Of a stretch of DNA of 64,000 nt, positions 57,567 through 64,000 are shown piece by piece. The DNA is taken from assembly GCA_000436975.1 (NCBI GenBank), contig HG000345.1:3518-67517 (forward strand), written 5' to 3'. The translations under genes were made by a program, and so were the position numbers. The notes under the pieces were generated by a model that worked only from the letters and a program-made list of their open reading frames with translations, did not search any database and was not told the DNA's origin. Every line of letters starts with the position of its first letter. Position 1 is the stretch's first letter. The stretch comes from Clostridium sp. CAG:1000. Its GTDB lineage: Bacteria; Bacillota_I; Bacilli_A; RF39; UBA660.

Positions 57567-58671
57567 ATTTTGTAACATTAAATCTAAATAAACAAATATC
57601 TCCATCCTGCATAATATAGTCTTTTCCTTCAAGTCTAGCGCGTCCTGCTTCTTTGACTTTAATTTCGCTCCCATACTTAACTAAATCATCATAACTCATT
57701 ACCTCAGCTTTAATAAATCCTTTTTGAAAATCAGTATGAATAAGCCCTGCGCATTCAGGAGCAGTCATGCCATCTTTAAATGTCCATGCTCTTACTTCAT
57801 CGCTACCAACAGTAAAAAAAGTTTTAAGACCAAGCAAATGATAAGTATTATGTATTAAAGAATCTAATCCACTGTTTTGAATTCCTAGGTCTTTTAAAAA
57901 TTCTTTTTTAGATTCTTCATCTAATTCAGATAATTCGCTTTCTATTTTGGCACACATAAGTACTACACTAGATTTTTCTTTAGAAGCATATTCTCTTACT
58001 TTATTAACATAAGGATTATCATTGGTTAATAAATCATCTTCAGAAACATTTGCTAAATATATAAAAGGTTTATTCGTAATCAAATTATATGTCTTTATTA
58101 ATTTAGATTCTTTTTCATCAAATTCTTTAAGTCTAAGCATTTTGCCAGAACTTAGAATTTCTTTTAGTTTCTTCAATAAAGAAACTTCATATAAACCTTC
58201 TTTATCATTAGAAGTTGTTGCCTTCTTTTCTATTTTAGCAAGTCTATTTTCTACTATTTCTAAATCACTTAAAATTAATTCATAATTTACAATTTCTATA
58301 TCCCTTATAGGATCAATAGTTCCTTCGACATGGATAATATCTTTATTTTCAAAGCATCTAATAACTTGAACTATTGCATCTACCTCTCTAATATTAGCAA
58401 GGAACTTATTGCCAAGACCTTCGCCTGTTGATGCACCTTTAACAAGACCTGCTATGTCTATAAACTCATATTGGGTTGCTATTAATCTTTCTGGCATATA
58501 CATATCATTTAAAACTTCAAGCCTTTTATCTGGTACTGTAACAACGCCTACATTTGGATCAATAGTCGCAAATGGATAATTTGCTGCCAAAATATTTTTC
58601 TTTGTTATTGCATTAAATAATGTACTCTTCCCTACATTAGGAAGACCAATAATACCTGCTTTAAGTGCCAT
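57565..58671 (-). CDS. ychF: ribosome-binding ATPase YchF
   Basis: Starts [20 protein letters not shown] and has a C-terminal TGS-like domain. Confidence 0.95.
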   Translation of the reverse strand: MALKAGIIGLPNVGKSTLFNAITKKNILAANYPFATIDPNVGVVTVPDKRLEVLNDMYMPERLIATQYEFIDIAGLVKGASTGEGLGNKFLANIREVDAIVQVIRCFENKDIIHVEGTIDPIRDIEIVNYELILSDLEIVENRLAKIEKKATTSNDKEGLYEVSLLKKLKEILSSGKMLRLKEFDEKESKLIKTYNLITNKPFIYLANVSEDDLLTNDNPYVNKVREYASKEKSSVVLMCAKIESELSELDEESKKEFLKDLGIQNSGLDSLIHNTYHLLGLKTFFTVGSDEVRAWTFKDGMTAPECAGLIHTDFQKGFIKAEVMSYDDLVKYGSEIKVKEAGRARLEGKDYIMQDGDICLFRFNVTK

Positions 58672-60190
58672 ATACTACCCCCGGATAAGAGCCAATACCA
58701 ATTGGTATGCCAATTAAATAGAAACCAACTAATACTATAGCCCATATTATTAATGAATATACACTGTATGGAATAAGTGTCTTAATGCTACCAAAAAGCG
58801 TAACCATTTCACCTTTATTATATTTTTCCATAAATGCTATATAAATTACAAAATACATAAATAGTGGTGTTAAACCATTAGTAATACTATCTCCTGCTAC
58901 ATAAACTAACTGAGAAAACTCAGGACTAATACTGGCATTCATAAACAATGGAACAATTACAGAAGATAACATACTCCACTTTACTATTGAACTTGGACAA
59001 AATATATTAGCAATAGCTATGCAAATCAATGTAATAAGTATTAACCCAATTCCCGTAAAATTTAAACTACCAATTAATGATGATATGAATCCTGTTATAA
59101 CAAGTCCTATGTGACTTTCTTCATAAACATTAATAAATAATGATGCAAAGAATATAAGAACTATAATACTGCCGATATCGTCAAGGGAGTGACCTAAACT
59201 ATCAGTAACATCTTTATTATTCTTAATAGTCTTTGTCATAAAACCATATCCTATACCTATTAAGAAAAATGCAAATGTCACAATAAATATAAACCCTTTG
59301 GCAAACAATGAATTATTACCAAAAATCATGTCTATATATCTTTCACCACTGTGATCAAGAAATGCTCCTGAAAGTGGTAATCCTGGTATTATCATATATA
59401 TTATCAATAAAGTATATATAATTCCAAGGCCTAATCCAATAATTAAACCTCTTAATTCTTTATTAGTTATTACAAGAACCTCTTCATCAGATTCATACCT
59501 AGGTAACTTAGGCATAACCTTTTTTTCAGTAATATATGTAAATACCACAGAAATCGCTATTAATAATACAATCATAATAAATAACGCAAAGAATATTCCA
59601 ATTTTATATTTAGGATCTAGAGTTTTAGCAGCATTAATTGTTAATGTTAAAAGACTACTATCATTTGAAGACAGAAATACATTGATACCATATCCAAATG
59701 ATAATGATGCAAATGAAGCAATAATACCCCCAAGTGGATTTCTTCTACCATATTTAAATAGTAACGCTGCAATGGGTAACATGATAACAAATCCAGAATT
59801 TCCTAATATTGAAAATAATAAACATATAAATATTAATATAAATGTAACAGTGTTTCTTTTAGAATTTCTGGTAAGTATCGTAAAAAAGCTACGCATGAAT
59901 CCAGTTTTTTCTAATATTCCAAGACCTATTAATATAATTATCAAAGTAGCCAATGGCTCAAAATTAACAAAACCATTAACAGCAGAAGTTACAATATGTT
60001 TAATACCACTAGTACTAAATAAGTTTTCTACTTCAATTACATTATTAACAACTTCATTTGAAACAGTATTAACAGTAGAATATTCTGCTTGTATGTTTAA
60101 TAAATGTAAAAATCCGCTTAATACAATTACTATAATAGTCATTATAATAAAGGTCATTATAGGACTTAGTTTAACTTTCTTTTTAAACAT
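58661..60190 (-). CDS. AbgT-family transporter
   Basis: Polytopic, 509 aa. The C-terminus FYLIGIPIGIGSYP closely resembles the E. coli AbgT end WYLVGLPIGPGIYP. Confidence 0.7.
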   Translation of the reverse strand: MFKKKVKLSPIMTFIIMTIIVIVLSGFLHLLNIQAEYSTVNTVSNEVVNNVIEVENLFSTSGIKHIVTSAVNGFVNFEPLATLIIILIGLGILEKTGFMRSFFTILTRNSKRNTVTFILIFICLLFSILGNSGFVIMLPIAALLFKYGRRNPLGGIIASFASLSFGYGINVFLSSNDSSLLTLTINAAKTLDPKYKIGIFFALFIMIVLLIAISVVFTYITEKKVMPKLPRYESDEEVLVITNKELRGLIIGLGLGIIYTLLIIYMIIPGLPLSGAFLDHSGERYIDMIFGNNSLFAKGFIFIVTFAFFLIGIGYGFMTKTIKNNKDVTDSLGHSLDDIGSIIVLIFFASLFINVYEESHIGLVITGFISSLIGSLNFTGIGLILITLICIAIANIFCPSSIVKWSMLSSVIVPLFMNASISPEFSQLVYVAGDSITNGLTPLFMYFVIYIAFMEKYNKGEMVTLFGSIKTLIPYSVYSLIIWAIVLVGFYLIGIPIGIGSYPGVVYGT

Positions 60191-60375
60191 TAGTATTCCT
60201 CAACTTTCTTAAGTTTTTTATCAAATTCAACTCTATCAATCATTATAGAGCGACCACATTTAATACACTTAATTTTTATATCAACACCCACTCTTGTTAT
60301 TTCCCACATATTAGTACCACATGGATGTTGTTTTTTCATTATAACTTTACTTCCTATTTTATATTTATTTTCCAT
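60190..60375 (-). CDS. DUF951-family small zinc-ribbon protein
   Basis: Contains HPCGTNMWEITRVGVDIKIKCIKCGR and occupies the conserved position next to parB. Confidence 0.7.
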   Translation of the reverse strand: MENKYKIGSKVIMKKQHPCGTNMWEITRVGVDIKIKCIKCGRSIMIDRVEFDKKLKKVEEY

Positions 60376-60376
60376 A

Positions 60377-61258
60377 TTAATCTATATTTACTTCGATATT
60401 TAATATCTCTAATATTCTTTCTAAATCTTTTTCACTGTTAAATGGTATAACAACTTTTTTATTTTTTATTCTTACTCTATTTCCTAATTTATCAGTCATA
60501 ATGTCTTCAACATATTTATATTCATTTTCTTGTTTAATTTTAACTATTTTGTTTTTTCTCTCAAAAACAGGGTTTGCTGCGATTGCTTCTAGGTCATGAA
60601 CAGATAAATGTTCAAATTTAACTCTTTCACATAATTGTAACATTTTTTCTTTATCTTCTAATTTGCTTAATACTCTAGCATGACCCATAGAAATATATCC
60701 ATTTAAAATATCATTTTTAATTTCTTGTGGTAATCTTAAGATACCTAACATATTAGTTACATGAGTTCTACTTTTACCAATTTTTTTAGCTAATTCTTCT
60801 TGAGTTATATTTAATGCTTTGATTATTCCAGCATATGCTTCGGCTTCTTCAATGGCTGTTAAGTCTTCTCTTTGAATATTCTCTAAAAGAGCTATCTCCA
60901 TCATTTCATTATCAGTAAAATCTTTAACTATAGCAGGTATTGTCTCTTTACCGATAAGTTCACATGCTTTAGTTCTTCTTTCACCAGCAACTATTTCATA
61001 ACCTTTTACACTTTTAGTAACTATAATAGGCTCTAATACACCATATTCTTTTATTGAATTAGCAAGTTCTACTAATTTTTCTTGATCAAATGTTCTTCTA
61101 GGTTGATATGGGTTACTTCTTAATTCTTTTATGTTTATTTCAACTACATTTTCCTTAGGAGTTGTTTCAATTATTTCCTCAATAGGATCTACATATAATG
61201 ATTCATTACTAAATAACTGTTCTAATCCTTTACCTAATGCCTTTCTTTTATTTTCCAT
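60377..61258 (-). CDS. parB: chromosome partitioning protein ParB/Spo0J
   Basis: Contains GLEQLF, NPYQPRR and IVAGERR. Confidence 0.95.
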   Translation of the reverse strand: MENKRKALGKGLEQLFSNESLYVDPIEEIIETTPKENVVEINIKELRSNPYQPRRTFDQEKLVELANSIKEYGVLEPIIVTKSVKGYEIVAGERRTKACELIGKETIPAIVKDFTDNEMMEIALLENIQREDLTAIEEAEAYAGIIKALNITQEELAKKIGKSRTHVTNMLGILRLPQEIKNDILNGYISMGHARVLSKLEDKEKMLQLCERVKFEHLSVHDLEAIAANPVFERKNKIVKIKQENEYKYVEDIMTDKLGNRVRIKNKKVVIPFNSEKDLERILEILNIEVNID

Positions 61259-62033
61259 TTCTTTCTATCACCTCTTTTGCTAAGTTTAGATATGCTAAAG
61301 CCCCTTTACTTTTTGGATCATATTCTATAATTGGTTTCCCATGAGATGGAGCCTCTACTAATTTAACTAATCTAGGTATTATTGTACTGAAAACCTTTTC
61401 ATTAAAGAACTTTCTTACATCTTCTACTACTTCTAATCCTAATAGTGTCCTTCCATCAAGCATAGTCAAAAGAACACCTTCTATATCTAAATTTGGATTT
61501 ACTTTTTTCTGTATATTTAAAATTGTATGTAATAACTGATTAACACCCTCTAGTGAATAATATTCACATTGAATAGGTATTAAAACAGAATCAGATGCTG
61601 CTAGTGCATTAGTAGTTAAAATACCTAAATTTGGTGGACAGTCTATGATAATATAATCATATCTATCTTTAATAGTTGCAAGTTGTTTTTTTAACTGTTC
61701 AGTTATTATAAATTCTTTGTCTTGAACGCTTATTTGTATTAATTCAATATCTACACCTGCAAGGTCTATTAATGCAGGTATTATACTTAAATTTTTAAAT
61801 GGTGTTTTAATAATAGTATCTTTAATATCACACTCACCCATTATTACATTATATATACTTTTTTTAATTTTAACTCTATCAATTCCAAGTCCAGTTGTAC
61901 TGTTACTTTGTGGATCTAAGTCTATTAGTAAAACCTTTTCCCCTAGATAACCCAAGGAACTAGATAAGTTTATACTAGTTGTTGTTTTTCCTACTCCACC
62001 TTTTTGATTTACTAATGATATAATTTTTCCCAC
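61248..62033 (-). CDS. parA: chromosome partitioning ATPase ParA/Soj
   Basis: Deviant Walker A NQKGGVGKTTT. Confidence 0.95.
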   Translation of the reverse strand: MGKIISLVNQKGGVGKTTTSINLSSSLGYLGEKVLLIDLDPQSNSTTGLGIDRVKIKKSIYNVIMGECDIKDTIIKTPFKNLSIIPALIDLAGVDIELIQISVQDKEFIITEQLKKQLATIKDRYDYIIIDCPPNLGILTTNALAASDSVLIPIQCEYYSLEGVNQLLHTILNIQKKVNPNLDIEGVLLTMLDGRTLLGLEVVEDVRKFFNEKVFSTIIPRLVKLVEAPSHGKPIIEYDPKSKGALAYLNLAKEVIERNGK

Positions 62034-62119
62034 GATAGTTACCTCTCTTATCTATTAAATATTTTAACATATATTGCTTTTTTTTGAAATATAAAACTAC
62101 AAATATTAAGAAAGAAAAT

Positions 62120-62150
62120 AAAAAAACTATATAAAATTTATAGTTTCTTT
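62120..62150 (-). terminator. intrinsic terminator after the FAD oxidoreductase gene
   Basis: Stem AAACTATAA/TTATAGTTT, followed on the minus strand by a T-run. Confidence 0.5.
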
Positions 62151-62176
62151 ACAATAAATATATATTTAAACTTCAA

Positions 62177-63568
62177 TTATTTTACTCTATCTAATATATC
62201 CCTAGCAGCTACTAAACCAGTTGCAGCAGCAGTAACAATATTGCCTGCTTTTCCAGAACCATCTCCTATGAAATATATATCATAATCATTTAATTTAAAT
62301 TTGTTATTTGTATCTATTTCATTACTAAAGAATTTAATTTCAGGACCATATAACAATGTCTCATCATTATTAACTCCTGGTATTATTTTATCTAACTTTT
62401 CTAATCCTTCAAGAATATTAGTAATTATCCTATGAGGAAGTACTAAAGATAAATCTCCAGCAACACAGTCTTTTAAAGTTGGCTCAATAAATCCTTTGTT
62501 TATTCTCTTCCATTCACTTCTTCTTCCTTTTTTTAAATCCCTAAGTGATTGAATAATTGGTTTACCATCTCCTAAAGTATTTGCTATTCTGGCTATACTC
62601 TCACCATAGAGTCTTGTGTTAGTAACCGGCTCAGTAAGACCAACTTTACTGATAAAAGCAAAATTAGAATTATCAGACTTAACATCCTTTAACGAATGTC
62701 CATTTACGCATATAAAACCATAATAGTTTTCTTTCGCCACAAAACCACCTGGGTTAGTACAAAAAGTTCTTATCTCATCTGTATATGTATCTGTTTTAAT
62801 AAATATAGTTGGATCATAAATAATATTAGTAATATCTTCTAATATTTCTTTTCTTACCTCGACTCTTACACCAATTTCAATACTTTGACTAGTGTATGGA
62901 ATATTGTATTTATCAGCAAGTTCTTGTACCCATTTGGCACCAGTTCTACCGGGAGCTATTATGACATGTTTAGCAATTAAATTATCTTTATTTTCAATTA
63001 CTATTTCATGTTCTTCTTTCTTTTTACTAATTATATCAATAACATTAGATGTCTCATAAACATCCACACCTCTGTTTTCTAAATAATCAGTAAAATCCTT
63101 AATGTATGCTGGTAACTTATCACTACCAAGGTGTTTTTGCTTAATAATTAATAGTCTAGCTCCTGTTTTAGCAACTTCTTTCTTTATTTCGTTTGCTTCA
63201 TTCATGTTTGATGGATACACATCACTATCCATCTTAAATCTATTAAATATTTTCTCAGTGTCATCTATTAATTTATTAGCTTCACTTTGACTCATATATT
63301 TAAATAAATCACTCTTACCCAATTTTGGTATAAAGTTAAGTTTACCATCGGAGAATGTACCTGCGCCACCATATCCAGATAAAATTTGACATGTTTTGCA
63401 ATTAACACATTTACCACCATTAACTTTCATTGGACACATTCTTGACTCAGCCCTGTGTCCTTTATCAACAATAGCAACTTTTAATTTATTATTTTTTTCA
63501 ATAAGTTCATACGCCGCGAATAAACCAGCAGGGCCTGCTCCGACTATAACAACATCATACTTTTTCAT
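62177..63568 (-). CDS. FAD-dependent oxidoreductase (uncharacterised dehydrogenase family)
   Basis: Dinucleotide-binding motif YDVVIVGAGPAGLFAA and C-terminal GDGSGKAG. ATG at 63568 follows AAGGAGA. Confidence 0.7.
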   Translation of the reverse strand: MKKYDVVIVGAGPAGLFAAYELIEKNNKLKVAIVDKGHRAESRMCPMKVNGGKCVNCKTCQILSGYGGAGTFSDGKLNFIPKLGKSDLFKYMSQSEANKLIDDTEKIFNRFKMDSDVYPSNMNEANEIKKEVAKTGARLLIIKQKHLGSDKLPAYIKDFTDYLENRGVDVYETSNVIDIISKKKEEHEIVIENKDNLIAKHVIIAPGRTGAKWVQELADKYNIPYTSQSIEIGVRVEVRKEILEDITNIIYDPTIFIKTDTYTDEIRTFCTNPGGFVAKENYYGFICVNGHSLKDVKSDNSNFAFISKVGLTEPVTNTRLYGESIARIANTLGDGKPIIQSLRDLKKGRRSEWKRINKGFIEPTLKDCVAGDLSLVLPHRIITNILEGLEKLDKIIPGVNNDETLLYGPEIKFFSNEIDTNNKFKLNDYDIYFIGDGSGKAGNIVTAAATGLVAARDILDRVK

Positions 63569-63593
63569 AATTTCTCCTTTTTTATACACATAT

Positions 63594-64000
63594 TTAATCT
63601 TTTGTGTTTTTATTTTCTAATTTTCTATATGCAATTTTACCAATAAGTGTTTTTGGTAATGACTCTCTAAATTCATATTCATATGGCAAGGAATATTTTG
63701 CTAGATTAATCTCACAATGATGTCTAATCTTTTTTTCTATTTCTTTTGATGGCTTAATTCCATCTTTTAAAACAATATATGCTTTAGCAACCTGTACCCT
63801 TTTAGGATGAGGCACTCCAATAACTACACTCGTTAAAACATCTGGATATGTATTTAAAACATTTTCTATATATGTTGGATATAAATTATAACCATTTGAT
63901 ACTATCATTCTTTTGATTCTTTGTCTAAAAAATACAAATCCATCAGCATCCATATACCCGATGTCTCCAGTATGAAGCCATATTTTTTTATCCTGATGTT
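63594..64000 (-). CDS. AMP-dependent synthetase/ligase (acyl-CoA synthetase-like), C-terminal part; N-terminus beyond window end
   Basis: The frame stays open to 64000, reading ...WLHTGDIGYMDADGFVFF.RQ...KR. It has the C-terminal PKTLIGKI motif. Confidence 0.8.
   Translation of the reverse strand, partial: HQDKKIWLHTGDIGYMDADGFVFFRQRIKRMIVSNGYNLYPTYIENVLNTYPDVLTSVVIGVPHPKRVQVAKAYIVLKDGIKPSKEIEKKIRHHCEINLAKYSLPYEYEFRESLPKTLIGKIAYRKLENKNTKD

Noticed and set aside
55034-60212. Plus-strand ORFs 55034..55429, 55526..55762, 58022..58285 and 59682..60212
   Set aside because: All are antisense shadows of well-supported minus-strand genes (DUF1700-like, ychF, abgT-like).
60377-62100. parS site (TGTTNCACGTGAAACA-like) in or near parB
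   Set aside because: I looked for the CACGTG core in and around parAB and did not find a convincing 16-mer by eye. A pattern search would be needed.

Overview
Very AT-rich Bacillota (Firmicutes)-type chromosomal segment using the standard code (TGA serves as a stop). All family assignments come from motifs read by eye, not from searches. (1) Positions 1 to about 27.9 kb are the right-hand part of an integrated siphovirus prophage. It has a minus-strand late module: terS, terL, portal, MuF/gp7-like head protein, scaffold, capsid, connectors, major tail, G/GT chaperones with a -1 frameshift site, and a tape measure running off the window. It also has a minus-strand early/replication module (DnaD-like organizer, G39P-like loader, Erf, DUF1351-like, NinB-like, SSB, many small ORFs, an RNA ligase, a late activator). 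A divergent Cro/CI switch and a plus-strand lysogeny operon (cI, TM2-DEDDh exonuclease, ImmA-like peptidase, tyrosine integrase) complete it. (2) Positions 27.98-31.87 kb hold a minimal Tn4451-like mobilizable element: a large serine recombinase behind a leader-peptide/terminator, an oriT-like inverted repeat, and a MobV relaxase. (3) Positions 31.87-64 kb are core genes: tyrS with a Tyr T-box, MacB-type ABC transporter, mscL, murE, phosphoketolase, tsaE, cotJ genes, ABC-2 transporter, tRNA-Asn, feoAB, thermonuclease, CotF-like protein, CIRCE-hsp20, ychF, abgT-like transporter, parB/parA. No rRNA or CRISPR array was seen. The most interesting signals are four. First, a ~1.1 kb ORF-free, hairpin-dense, strand-specifically structured region with an embedded tRNA-like element lies between the phage late activator and terS; it is a candidate giant phage ncRNA with its own activator-type promoter and flanking terminators. 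Second, a membrane-anchored DEDDh exonuclease is translationally coupled to the prophage repressor. Third, a 32-codon uORF with five consecutive Tyr codons sits between the Tyr T-box terminator and tyrS. Fourth, the MuF head protein carries a C-terminal HExxH domain and is followed by a small acidic ORF.
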